DNA from: an uncultured Clostridium sp.
GTDB taxonomy: Bacteria > Bacillota > Clostridia > TANB77 > CAG-508
NCBI GenBank assembly: GCA_947648255.1
Contig: CANSNA010000004.1
Location: 1-53,410 of the forward strand
Direction: 5' to 3'
Length of the DNA: 53,410 nucleotides
The position numbers and the translations under genes are program-made. Shown in pieces: positions 1 through 11,088 of the stretch (the first letter of the stretch is position 1; every line of letters starts with the position of its first letter). Below the pieces are notes generated by a model. The model searched no databases, was not told the origin of the DNA, and worked only from the letters and a program-made list of their open reading frames with translations.

Positions 1-775
1 GATGTGTCAAATCACCTAATTTCAAATCTATTATTACAAAGCATTTTAATATATAATTGTAAAAGACTAAATCTATGAAGAAATGTCTGCCATCAAATAT
101 TATTTTTTGTTGCCTTGCTACAAACGAAAATCCTCTTCCAAGTTCTAATAAAAACTTTTGCAAATGGTCTATTATTGCTTGTTCTAAGTCTTTTTCATAG
201 AAATTTGCATTACCTTCCAATCCTAAAAATTCTAACACATAAGGATCTCTTATAATATTTTTAGGTTCTACTTTTTCTGATAATCCTATTTCATTTTCTA
301 CTGAATCTTTGTCATGACTTGCTAATAATCTTTCGTAATAGAATGTTCCTATTTGCCTTTCTAATTGCCTGACACTCCATCCAGATTTTACACTTTCCTC
401 TAAGTAAAATTTTCTTGCTTTTTCATCTTCAATTCTCATTAATAATCTATAATGTGACCAACTCAATTCGTCACACAGTGTGTGGCGAATTGGAAAAGTA
501 CGATAAAATTGTCTCATATATTTTAAATTTGTAACTGTAAAGCCTTTTCCAAATTCTTTCGTTAATTGTTCCGATAAATATTGTAATAACTTCTTACCAT
601 ATTCTGCTCTGTCATTTTCTCCACATGCTTTATGAATTTCTTGTCCTATCTCCCAATAGGCTTGTACCATTGCTGAATTTACTACTGTATATACTTTTGA
701 TTGTGCTGTCAGCACACTATTTCTAATTATTTTATATGATTCTTCTGGCTTCATTGTTATTTGATTATCACTCAT
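1..775 (-). CDS. DUF1016 / YhcG-family PDDEXK nuclease-domain protein (3' part runs off the window)
   Basis: Manual translation from ATG 775 (RBS AGGAGG): MSDNQITMKPEESYKIIRNSVL...VNSAMVQAYWEIGQEI...RAEYGKKLLQYLSEQLTKEFGKGFTVTNLKYMRQFY...LSWSHYRLLM...KDPYVLEFLG; these are typical DUF1016 motifs. Confidence 0.9.
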   Translation of the reverse strand, partial: MSDNQITMKPEESYKIIRNSVLTAQSKVYTVVNSAMVQAYWEIGQEIHKACGENDRAEYGKKLLQYLSEQLTKEFGKGFTVTNLKYMRQFYRTFPIRHTLCDELSWSHYRLLMRIEDEKARKFYLEESVKSGWSVRQLERQIGTFYYERLLASHDKDSVENEIGLSEKVEPKNIIRDPYVLEFLGLEGNANFYEKDLEQAIIDHLQKFLLELGRGFSFVARQQKIIFDGRHFFIDLVFYNYILKCFVIIDLKLGDLTH

Positions 776-827
776 AAAGCTCCTCCTTTTTTAATCGTAG
801 TTTATAATCACTTTTTTATCAAACTAC

Positions 828-2147
828 TTATAGCATTTTTATCTCTTGTATTCTTGAAATTATCTCATCTATATTGTCTGTTACATTTATTCTATTCAAA
901 AAATTTATTGCATTATAATGAAAAGCATTATATGTAGTTTCTTTTGAAATTTTATATATCAAATCTATAAAGTCTCCTCTTTCTTCTTTTAATAAATTGT
1001 TATATATCTTTCTCATATAATATTCATTACTTTCTCTAACAAATTGGTATTCTGTAATTATTGATTTTAGTTTATTTCTATTCGACATATTAAATTTATC
1101 AAGACCAATATTTAGAAATCTTCTAAGAGAACTAGTATAATTAAAATCAACATCTTCTCTATTATAAAATTCAAAAAACTTATTAACAGCCTCATCATAT
1201 TTTTGCTCATCAATTAATTTAAATACTGGTATACCATATAAAACTTGTATTGTTTCTTTATTATATTTTTTCACTTTGCTCGCATTTAGATTAAGTCCTA
1301 AGGTATTTAGTTCTCTTGAAATCACATACATAATGTCGTTCAACTTTTCATTTTCTTTTAAAATAATTATTTGATCATCTGCATATCTAATATATACTGC
1401 ATTCGAAATATCACAAATTTGTTTTACTATTTTGTCATAATTTTGTAAATAAAAGTTTGCTAATAGTCTCGACTGGTCTCCAAACTCATTTTGTGGAATT
1501 CCAACAGATTTTAAATGGTATCTATCATTCTTTAAATTCCAATTTCTTAGAAAATACATAAGCATATTAATAAATTCTAACTTTTCAACTGGTACTGATA
1601 CCAATAATTTCTTTTCAAGTAGACTTAAATTTATATTATCATAAAAATTAGCTATATCTAACTTCAATACCATATCATTATCATCTAATGTTTGAATTTT
1701 ATTAAATAAAATATTTTGAAATTCTTTCCAATTTTCGTTCCATAAAGTAGGATTATAGCTTTTATATACATATTCTATTTCTGCATCCTCTTCTATTTTT
1801 ATCTTATTTCCAATTCTCCAACCACCATATGTATTCTCTGTTCTATTAACTGCTATTTCATCTTCAAGCATTTTACATACAAAATAATATAATAACTCAT
1901 CTTTAACAGACAATATAGGTATTATTCGAGCCACATTATTAGTTTTATAAGTAAATAATTTTTCATCTATTACATCTGTCCTATATTCATAATTTTTTAA
2001 TTCTCTATATAAATTCAAAATTATATTTTTATATTCTTTTCTATTTAATTTCCTATTTAACTTTATTGTTGATTCTTTTATAATTTTATTATATAAACTA
2101 CTAGAGAAAAAATTTAAAAACTCTTCCTCATTTTTTATAAATTTCAT
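828..2147 (-). CDS. Stand-alone reverse transcriptase, probably defence-associated (Abi/UG/DRT-like)
   Basis: 439 aa with RT motifs LKLDIANFYDNI, GIPQ...SRLLANFYL, YIRYADDQ and LGLNLNASK; helical C-terminal tail; no group II intron maturase or HNH domain evident. Confidence 0.85.
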   Translation of the reverse strand: MKFIKNEEEFLNFFSSSLYNKIIKESTIKLNRKLNRKEYKNIILNLYRELKNYEYRTDVIDEKLFTYKTNNVARIIPILSVKDELLYYFVCKMLEDEIAVNRTENTYGGWRIGNKIKIEEDAEIEYVYKSYNPTLWNENWKEFQNILFNKIQTLDDNDMVLKLDIANFYDNINLSLLEKKLLVSVPVEKLEFINMLMYFLRNWNLKNDRYHLKSVGIPQNEFGDQSRLLANFYLQNYDKIVKQICDISNAVYIRYADDQIIILKENEKLNDIMYVISRELNTLGLNLNASKVKKYNKETIQVLYGIPVFKLIDEQKYDEAVNKFFEFYNREDVDFNYTSSLRRFLNIGLDKFNMSNRNKLKSIITEYQFVRESNEYYMRKIYNNLLKEERGDFIDLIYKISKETTYNAFHYNAINFLNRINVTDNIDEIISRIQEIKML

Positions 2148-2209
2148 AATTTCCTCTTTTATTATCTATTTTCCTCTTACATTTTTGTTATATCTTACCA
2201 TAAAAAGTC

Positions 2210-2240
2210 AAAAAAAGAAAGTGCTTTTCCAAACACTTCC
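2210..2240 (-). terminator. Intrinsic terminator downstream of rlmD
   Basis: Minus strand GGAAGTG-tttggaaaag-CACTTTC followed by a T run. Confidence 0.55.
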
Positions 2241-2411
2241 AATTTAAGTTTTATCTCTAAACATTCATTTATTTTTTATTATTAATTTATACTACTCCGC
2301 ACATCATATCACCTTCCATCGTTACCTTAATTTTGTGATTTTCTACTCGTTTAATCTTATTTTTACCTTTTCTCTCAAAACTAATAAAATCTTCAAATGC
2401 ACTAAATTCAA

Positions 2412-3790
2412 TTATTGTATCGAGTCTTTTAGATATAGCACCGAGCAACATTCCACATGGCTCGTAAATGGGAACATATCTACTGGGGTAATTTTTTGTA
2501 TTTGGTAACTTTTTTCTAGTTTTTTTAGGTCTCTTATTAAAGTGCTTGGGTTACAGCTTATGTAGATTAGCTTTTTTGGTGTTATTTTTTGTATATTTTT
2601 TATTGTTGTTTCGTCTAGTCCCTTTCTTGGTGGATCTACAAATATTATATCTGGGGCTAAATTTTCTTTTTTTATTAGGTTTTCAAAGGCTTCTTCTACA
2701 TCTCCTGCTATGAATTCTATATTTTCTATTTTATTTAGCTCTGCATTTTCTTTTGCGTTTTTTATTGCTTCTTCTACTATTTCTATTCCATAAACTTTTT
2801 TTACTTTTTCTGATGCAAATATTCCAATTGTTCCTATTCCACAATATAAGTCAAATATTGTGTCATTTATTTTTAAGTTTGCTCCTTCTATTCCTAAATT
2901 ATATAGTTTTTCTGTTTGAATAGAGTTTACTTGGTAAAATGAATTTGCTGATATATTAAATGTGTATTTTCCGAAGTTTGTCTTGTATATAACCTTTCCC
3001 AAATATTATTATGTTTTTTTCTCCTAGTATTACATTAGTCTTTTTTGTATTTATATTTTTTATAATTGTTTTTATGTTTTTAAATTTTTCTGAAAGCTCT
3101 TTTGTAAGTTCTTTTTCTTTTTTAAATGAGTTTTCTCCTAATACAAATATGCACATTATTTCATCTGTTTTGATTCCATATTTTATTATAATGTGCCTAA
3201 AGGCTCCTTTCCCAGTGATTTCATCATATACACTTATTTTATTTTTATTTATAAATTCTATTATAAATTTTGCAATTTCGTTAGATATTTTTGTTTGAAT
3301 TTTGCATTCTTTAAATTCTACTATTTGATGTGTTCTTTTTGCAAATACTCCAAATATTGCTTTCCCTTCTTTATTTTTTCCGCACTGGATATATTGCTTT
3401 ATTTCTATAGTAAAATGGATTTTCCATTCCTACTACATCTTCTACTTGTATCTTGTTTTCTAATTCTTTATTTACTAAATTTTGCACTTTGTTTTTCTTT
3501 ATCTTAAGTGTTTCTTTATAGTCAATATGCCTTAGATTACATCCTCCACATCTTTTGTAGTTTGTGCAGTCTGCTTCTTTTCTATATGGCGATTTTTCTA
3601 TAATTTCTATGATTTTTGCAAATGCATATGATTTATTTGCTTTTAATATAAGAATTTTTACTTTTTCTCCTTTTATTCCACAATTTACAAATATAGTGTA
3701 TCCATCTATTTTTGCTATACCTTCGCCTTCTAATCCATCATCTATAATTGTAACTATATATTCTTTGTTCTTTTCTACTGGAATTTCCAT
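2412..3790 (-). CDS. rlmD: 23S rRNA (uracil-5)-methyltransferase RlmD/RumA; two CGGN +1 recoding sites (3379-3382, 2970-2973)
   Basis: TRAM domain, CxxxxxCGGC, SFYQVN, DLYCGIGT, DPPRKG, YISCNP, DMFPFTSHVE. Fragments join as YPV-[CGGA]-KNKEG and DKL-[CGGA]-KYTFNIS. Confidence 0.93.
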
Positions 3791-3971
3791 ATTCTTCTTC
3801 CCTTCTTTTTTGTATTTTAACATTTTTTCCGAATTTTTTCAATGTTTTATTGTACTTGAATTTTATTTTGCTTTATAATTCCTAGTAACCATTTTTTTAT
3901 TTTAGAATAATATATATCATAACAAATGAAGCAAAACTCAAATTTTTCTTTAAGCTAAGGAGGTTTTGAAT

Positions 3972-4079
3972 ATGATGAATTGCGGTTGTGGCAGTAATAG
4001 TGAATTTTTATGGTTCATTATCTTGTTCTTATTGCTTTTCTGCTGTGGATGCGGTAATAGATGCTGCTGTAATAACTAA
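3972..4079 (+). CDS. Small Cys/Gly-rich membrane peptide (35 aa), probably spore-associated
   Basis: RBS AAGGAGG; MMNCGCGSNSEFLWFIILFLLLFCCGCGNRCCCNN; absent from ORF track. Confidence 0.75.
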   Translation: MMNCGCGSNSEFLWFIILFLLLFCCGCGNRCCCNN

Positions 4080-4144
4080 TACTTATATGATTTTTTCTTA
4101 AAAACATAAGTAGATTTTAGAAAAAGTGAAAGGAGGCGAAAAGT

Positions 4145-4273
4145 ATGCCAGAGAATAGATGTTGTGGTAATAGCTGCGGTGGATTTGGCGGTGATTGCTG
4201 CTGGATTATAATATTATTCGTTTTAATTTTCTGCTGCTGTGGCAATGGTTTTGGTAACAATTGTGGATGCTAA
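4145..4273 (+). CDS. Small Cys/Gly-rich membrane peptide (42 aa), paralogue of the upstream peptide
   Basis: RBS AAGGAGG; MPENRCCGNSCGGFGGDCCWIIILFVLIFCCCGNGFGNNCGC. Confidence 0.75.
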   Translation: MPENRCCGNSCGGFGGDCCWIIILFVLIFCCCGNGFGNNCGC

Positions 4274-4304
4274 TCTTAGCAACTAGATTGTTAGATATCA
4301 AACT

Positions 4305-4338
4305 AGAAAGAGGGCTCTTTAATTAGTTCCCTCTTTCT
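4305..4338. terminator. Probable bidirectional terminator between the Cys-rich peptides and dnaE
   Basis: Inverted repeat AGAAAGAGGG...CCCTCTTTCT between convergent genes. Confidence 0.65.
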
Positions 4339-4468
4339 TATTTTGTTATGTTATATTAGTTTGATAAGTTTCATACTTACCTGTAGCTTCTTTATTCAAT
4401 TGATTTCAAAAAAACTCAGAAAGTTGGTATCTTCTGAGTTTTTTGTAATTTATATGGAATTATATTTT

Positions 4469-7400
4469 TTATAACTTTACTCTTTCTTCTCCGAAGTAAT
4501 TCTTTGAACTGATCTACTGTGTCTTTTATTAAAAATATTGCTCCACATGGTTTTGTGCCTTCTTCATCAATTATTTCTACTTTTACATTGTTTCTGTCAC
4601 CCATGAAAAATCTAATTGCTCCTCTTAATTTTTCTTTCTTTTCTTCTTCTATTTCTCTTATATCTAGTTCTAGTTTTCTTTCTTTTTTCTCTGTAAGATT
4701 TTCTATGTTCATTGCAATTATTGTTGGCACTTCTTCTTCTCTTATACTGAGCCTTCCTGTAATTAAAATTATGTTTTCTTCCATTAGCTTGTCTTGTGCT
4801 TGCATATAACAACTTTCAAATGCAATTATTTCAGCTTGCCCATATAAATCTTCTACTGTTATAAATGCCATTATTGTATTATTTTTAGTAAATTTCTTTT
4901 TTATGCTTGTTATAATTCCTGCATACTTAACGATTTGACCGTCTTTATATTCTTGCTTTTCTACATTTGCATCTTCTACTATTGCTTTCATTTTCATTGT
5001 GTTTATGTTTGTTTGCTCTAATATGTTCTTTTTTAGTTTTTCTAATGGATGTCCTGATAAATATATTCCAAGCATTTCTTTTTCCATTGATAGCAACTCT
5101 TTTTCACTATATTCTGGTAATTCCTTGAAAATGTATTTATGCTTTTGGGTTTCTTCTTTACTTTCTCCTAGATCAAACATGCTTACTTGTCCACTGTACG
5201 CTCTCTTTAATCCATCTTGTATTGTATCTATTATTTCTTCAAAAGATTCTATTAGTGTTTTTCTTGTTTGTTCGAAACAATCAAAAGCTCCTGCCTTTAT
5301 AAGACTTTCTATACATTTTTTGTTTACTGAATAGTTTTGTATCCTTTCGCAAAAGTCTGTAAAGCTTTTGTATGTACCATTTTCTTCTCTCTCTTTTGCT
5401 ATGTCGTCTACTGCTTGAAAGCCTACATTTTTTATGCTTCCAAGACCAAACCTAATTTTTCCATCTTTATCTATTGTAAATTTTTTTTCACTTTTATTTA
5501 TATCTGGTTTTAATATTTCGATTTTTAGGTCTTTACATTCATCTATATACATTGGTATTTTGTCTAGGTTTCCTAAATAGCTATTTAGTGTTGCTGCAAG
5601 AAGTGCTTCTGGATAATATGCTTTTATATATGCTGTTCTATATGCAACTACTGCATATGCTGCTGCATGTGATTTATTGAATGCGTATTTTGCAAATTCT
5701 GCCATTTCGTCAAATATTTTATTTGCAGCTTCTTCATTTATTCCATTTCTTATACACCCTGGAACTATTATTTCTCCGTTTTCATCTGTTTCTCCATGTA
5801 TAAATATTTCTCTTTCTTTTGCCATTACATCAAGTTTTTTCTTTCCCATTGCACGTCTTACTAGGTCTGCTCTGCCGAAGAGAATATCCTGCTAAGTCTC
5901 TAACTATCTGCATTACTTGTTCTTGGTATACCATACATCCATAGGTTACATTTAATATGGGTTCTAACGATGAGTGAGTATATACTGAATGTTCTGGATT
6001 TAACTTATTTTGTATGTATCTTGGAATTTGATCCATTGGTCCGTGGGCGGTATAATGATACCCCTGCAATTATATCTTCTAAACTATCTGGTTTAAGTTC
6101 TTTCATAAATTTTGTAATTCCTGCACTTTCAAATTGAAATATGCCGAACTGTTTTGCCTTCATGCCAGAGTTTATATGCCTTTTGATCCTTCATTTCTTT
6201 GTCAAATTCTAAGTCTATTCCTTTTGATTTTTTTATGAGCTCTGTTGCTTCTTCAATTACTGTTAGTGTTCTAAGCCCTAGAAAGTCCATTTTAAGAAGC
6301 CCTAATTCTTCTAAGGTTGTCATTATATATTGAGTTGAGATACTTCCGATCTCTTACATAAAGTGGCACATATGTGTCTACTGGTTCTTTTGTTATTACT
6401 ATTCCGACAAGCATGAGTTGATGCCTGTCTTGGCATTCCTTCTAATGCCATGGATATATTTAATAGATTTCTTATTGTTTCATCTGTCTCATATAGTTCT
6501 TTTAGTTCTCTGTTTTGTGTCATTGCTTTGCTGATTGTAATATGTATTTCATTTGGTATCATTTTTGCAAGCTTATCTGTATCTGCATATGGATAGTCTA
6601 AAACTCTTCCTACGTCTCTTATTACCATCCTTGCAGACATTGTTCCAAATGTTATTATCTGTGATACATGGTCTGCTCCATATTTTTCACTTACATAGTC
6701 TATTACTTCTTGTCTCCTTGCGTCGCTAAAATCAACGTCAAAGTCTGGCATGCTTATTCTCTCTGGGTTTAAAAACCTTTCGAAAAGTAAGTTATACTTA
6801 ATTGGGTCTATGTCTGTTATTTCTATTGCATAGGCTACAATTGAGCCTGCCCCTGAACCACGTCCTGGTCCTACTGGTATTCCATTTGTTTTGGCATAGT
6901 AAATAAAGTCCCAAACAATTAGGAAATAGTCTACATACCCCATTCTTTCTATTACAGATAGTTCAAATTCCACCCTTTCTAATATTTCTTTTGATGGATT
7001 TTCTCCATATCTGTTTTTTATTCCATCCATACATAGTTTTCTTAAGTATTCCTCATGTGTTTTGAATTCTTTTGGTACATCATAGTTTGGGAGTATTGTG
7101 TGACCAAATTCAAATTCTACATTGCATTTTTCTGCAATTTTTACTGTATTTTCTATGACTTCTGGGATATTTGAAAAAAAGTCTAACATTTCTTCTGGGC
7201 TTTTTAAATAAAGTTCATCTGTTTCAAATCTCATTCTGTCTTCATCTGACATCTTTTTTCCTGTTTGTATGCAAAGGAGTACTTCATGGTTATATGCATC
7301 TTGCTTTTTTAAGTAGTGTGCATCATTTGTTGCAACAAGTGGTATGTCTAATTTTCTTCCTATTTCTACTAATTTTTGATTAACTAGGGTCTGCTCTTTT

Positions 7401-7936
7401 ATTCCATTATTTTGAAGCTCTAGATAATAGTCTTCTTTAAATACATTTTTAAACCAAGTAGCAATTTCTTCTGCCTTTTCGATATTTCCCTGAAGAATTG
7501 CTTGATTTACACTGCCTGCTAAACATGCACTTAATGCTATTAGCCCTTCATGATATTTTTCTAGTACTTCTAAATCTATACGTGGTTTATAATAATATCC
7601 ATCTAAAAATCCTATTGATACAAGTTTGCTTAAGTTTTTATAACCTTGATTATCTTTTGCAAGTAGTATTAAATGGTTATATTCTTTGTCTATTGCTCCT
7701 TCTTTGTCAAATCTACTTCTTGGTGCAACATATACCTCGCATCCTATTATTGGCTTTATTCCTTCTTTTTTGCATGCTTTATAAAAGTCGATAGTGCCAT
7801 ACATGACTCCATGGTCTGTTATGGCAATCGCTTTCATTCCAAGTTCCTTTGCTCTTATTGGTAAGTCTTTTATTCTATTTGCTCCATCTAATAGACTGAA
7901 TTCACTGTGAACGTGCAAGTGCACAAATTCAGGCAT
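4469..7936 (-). CDS. dnaE: DNA polymerase III alpha subunit; six CGGN sites (6403, 6345, 6143, 6040, 5874, 4490)
   Basis: PHP domain HLHVHSEFSLLDG, GPGRGSGAGS, MPDFDVDF. Recoding restores STHAC-G-IVI, VRD-G-SISTQY, KTV-G-IFQFES, SLYRP-G-PM, GYSL-G-RADLVRRAMGKK and ELL-G-EERVKL*. Confidence 0.95.
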
Positions 7937-8879
7937 TGGTTGCCTCCTCTAATTTTAATAGCATTTCCCATCTTTCGTCTAATTCTTTTTGGAATTCTTC
8001 TATCATCCACTCGTTTCCTGGTTTAAATAAGTGTTTAAATCTTCTTTGTGGTTTTAAGAATTCTTCTATTGGTAGTTTTTTTGCTGGTTTGTAGGTTATT
8101 TTGTATTTTCCATTTTCTACTTCATATAATGGCCAGTAGCATGTATCTACTGCTAATTTATTTATTTGCATTAAATCTTCTGTAGCATATCCCCATCCTC
8201 TTGGGCATGGTGCAAGTACATTTAGGAATGCTGCTCCTTTTGTATATATTGCTTTTTCTGCTTTTTCATATAGGTCTTTGAAGTTTGCTGTTGCTATACT
8301 TTGTGCTACATATGGTATGTGGTGATTTGCAATTATTTCTGTTAGGTCTTTTCTTGGTTGCATTTTACCTGGAATTTTTGTCCCTGCTGGTGATGTTGTT
8401 GTGTCTGCAAAATGTGGTGTTGCTGATGAACGTTGAATTCCTGTGTTCATGTATGCTCCATTGTCATAGCACACATATACCATGTCGTGCCCTCTTTCCA
8501 TTGCTCCTGATAAACTTTGTAGACCTATGTCATATGTTCCTCCGTCTCCTCCGAAAGCAATGAATTTTGTATTTTTGTCCTCTGCTAGTTTTCCTTGAGC
8601 TTTCATCGATTTATATGCCGCTTCTGCTCCTGAAAGTGTTGCTCCTGCACATTCAAATGCTGTATGTATAAATGAGTCTGACCAAGATGTGTAAGGATAC
8701 ATAAATGTTGATACTTCCATACACCCTGTTGCTCCACAAACTACTGCATGATCTTCTGGTTTTAGTGCTCTTAAAATCATTCTTGCAACTGGTGGAGCTC
8801 CACATCCTGCACACATTCTATGTCCTGCCATAAATCTTGAAGGTTTGTTTACCATTATTTCTTTTACATTATATGCCAT
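7929..8879 (-). CDS. porB: Pyruvate/2-oxoacid:ferredoxin oxidoreductase beta subunit (TPP-binding)
   Basis: GHRMCAGCG, GGDGGTYDIG, YDNGAYMNTG; intact ORF. Confidence 0.92.
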   Translation of the reverse strand: MAYNVKEIMVNKPSRFMAGHRMCAGCGAPPVARMILRALKPEDHAVVCGATGCMEVSTFMYPYTSWSDSFIHTAFECAGATLSGAEAAYKSMKAQGKLAEDKNTKFIAFGGDGGTYDIGLQSLSGAMERGHDMVYVCYDNGAYMNTGIQRSSATPHFADTTTSPAGTKIPGKMQPRKDLTEIIANHHIPYVAQSIATANFKDLYEKAEKAIYTKGAAFLNVLAPCPRGWGYATEDLMQINKLAVDTCYWPLYEVENGKYKITYKPAKKLPIEEFLKPQRRFKHLFKPGNEWMIEEFQKELDERWEMLLKLEEATNA

Positions 8880-10068
8880 TATTTTTCCCTCCTTACTCCA
8901 AAATATCTATATGGATTTTCAGTTTTCCCTGTTTTTGCAATTTCTATTAAGTCGTTATATACTCCTTCTATGTCATAAGAAGTAGTATCTCTTCCTCCTA
9001 TTCCATATACATAGTTTACAGCAGGTACCTGTATTTGATTTGCAAACATTGCTGAGGTTACATCTGTATAAAGTGCTCCTCCTGCTCCATTTACACTATC
9101 TGCTTTGTCAAGTATTGCTATTGCTTTTGCTTTTGATAAAGCTTTTGAGATTTCTTCTGTTGGAAATGGTCTAAACATTCTAATTTTTAGTAAACCTGCC
9201 TTTATTCCTTTTTCTCTTAAGGTATCTACAACAAATTTTGTTGTTCCTGCTGTTGAGTTCATGCAAACTACTACAATTTCTGCATCTTCCATTTTATATT
9301 CTTCAAAGAATGAGTATTTTCTACCTGTCATTTTTTCAAATTCTTTTGATACTTCAAGTATTACATTTTTTGCTGCTCTCATTGCATTTGCTTGTTGATA
9401 TTTGTGTTCAAATAAATATGGCTGAACATCAAGTGGTCCCATTGACATCGGTTCTTTGTCGTTTAATAAATAGTGTTTTGGGGTATATTTCCCAACAAAT
9501 TGTTTTACTTTGTCGTCTTCAATAAGTTCTATATTTTCTATTGAGTGTGATGTTATAAATCCATCTTGGCATACCATAAGTGGTAATTGTACATCTTTAT
9601 GTTCTGCAATTCTGTGTGCCATTATTAGGTTATCATATGCTTCTTGATTATTTTCTGAAAATAGCATTATCCATCCGGCTATCTCTTACTCCGATATGCA
9701 TCTGAGTGGTCGTTATGTATATTTAATGGTCCTGATACTGCTCTATTTACAAGTGACATTACTATTGGTAGTCTCATGCTTGAGGCTATATATATCATTT
9801 CCCACATTAGTGATAGTCCATTTGCAGATGTGGCAGTCATTGCTCTTGCTCCTGCTGCTTCTGCTCCTATGCAGGCACTCATAGCACTGTGCTCACTTTC
9901 TACTGCAACAAATTCTGTGTCTACTGATCCATTACTTACAAATGTTGAAAAGTATTGTGGTATTTCAGTAGAAGGTGTTATAGGAAATGCTGCAACTACA
10001 TCTGGGTTTATTTGTTTCATTGCTATTGCTGCTGCTTCATTTCCACTTAAACGTTCTCTAATTGACAT
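8879..10068 (-). CDS. porA: Pyruvate:ferredoxin oxidoreductase alpha subunit; two CGGA sites (9690-9693, 9674-9677)
   Basis: AAFPITPST, VESEHSAMS; recoded junction DHSDAY-G-VRDS-G-WIMLF. Confidence 0.92.
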
Positions 10069-10085
10069 TTTATATTTTTCCTCCT

Positions 10086-10367
10086 TTATTTCATTTCAAT
10101 TGCTCCAAATGGGCAAACTTTTGCACATACTCCGCATCCTTTGCAATAGTCATAGTTAAAGTCTTCTCTTTTTTGTTCTTTGTTTACTGGAATTGCGTCA
10201 TCTGGGCAAACTGGAAAACATAATCCACATTGTTTGCATTTTTCGCTTATATACACTGGTTTTTGAGATCTCCAGTCTCCTGTTTTAAATTCTAATGAGT
10301 TTCCCGCTTCATATATATTTCCTGCTATTGTCATTTCCTCGGCTTTAGTATTTGGTGTTATTTTCAT
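10086..10367 (-). CDS. porD: POR delta subunit (2x[4Fe-4S])
   Basis: KTGDWRS, CKQCGLCFPVCP, CKGCGVCAKVCP. Confidence 0.92.
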   Translation of the reverse strand: MKITPNTKAEEMTIAGNIYEAGNSLEFKTGDWRSQKPVYISEKCKQCGLCFPVCPDDAIPVNKEQKREDFNYDYCKGCGVCAKVCPFGAIEMK

Positions 10368-10415
10368 CTTTTTATCATTCCTTTCATTTTAGATTTGTTT
10401 TATTTTAGAAAGAAA

Positions 10416-10985
10416 TTAAATCTTTTTTACTTCGTTTAATGCCATTTTTAAGGCATTCATATTTCCTTCGATTACTTCTGGTTTTTTTGCAAATTTATGT
10501 CTAAATGAGGCTTCCATATCGCTTAGAAGTTCCTCATCTGTCATTACTTTGCTTACCTTTACTATTGCGGCAAGCATTGGTGTGTTTGGGAAGTACTTTC
10601 CTAATGTTTCTAATGATATTTTTCTTGCATCTATTATATATACTTCTCCTTTATATCCTTTTAGTTTAGATTTTATTTCGTCTGCATCTTTTGTTGTGTT
10701 AATTACTATTGCTCCTTCTTTCTTTAGCCCTGCTGTTACATTTACACTATCTAGCAATGTGTCATCTACAATTACTACATAGTCTGGTTCATATATGTTA
10801 CTATGTATCGTGATTGGCATATCACTTATTCGGTTATAGGCTGTTATTGGAGCTCCCATTCTTTCTGGTCCATATTCAGGAAAGCCTTGTATGTATTTTC
10901 CTGTGTTGAATGCTGCATCTGCAAGTAGAAGTGATGCTGTTTTTGCACCTTGTCCGCCTCTACCATGCCATCTTATTTCTATCAT
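10416..10985 (-). CDS. porC: POR gamma subunit
   Basis: IRWHGRGGQGAKTA, YGPERMGAP. Confidence 0.93.
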   Translation of the reverse strand: MIEIRWHGRGGQGAKTASLLLADAAFNTGKYIQGFPEYGPERMGAPITAYNRISDMPITIHSNIYEPDYVVIVDDTLLDSVNVTAGLKKEGAIVINTTKDADEIKSKLKGYKGEVYIIDARKISLETLGKYFPNTPMLAAIVKVSKVMTDEELLSDMEASFRHKFAKKPEVIEGNMNALKMALNEVKKI

Positions 10986-11009
10986 TAAATTACCTCCTTT
11001 ATATGAAAA

Positions 11010-11038
11010 ATCATATATCTATTTTTTGTAAATGTCAA
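11010..11038 (-). promoter_or_regulatory. Sigma-A-type promoter of the por-dnaE unit
   Basis: Minus strand TTGACA-17 nt-TATGAT upstream of porC. Confidence 0.6.
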
Positions 11039-11088
11039 TATTATAGTCGGTCAGTTTTTTGTTATAACTAATTTGAGTACCTATTAAA

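Noticed and set aside
2148-2411. Retron msr/msd or DRT ncRNA upstream of the RT
   Set aside because: I found only a terminator-like hairpin and an ORF remnant, with no flanking a1/a2 inverted repeats or long msd stem visible by eye.
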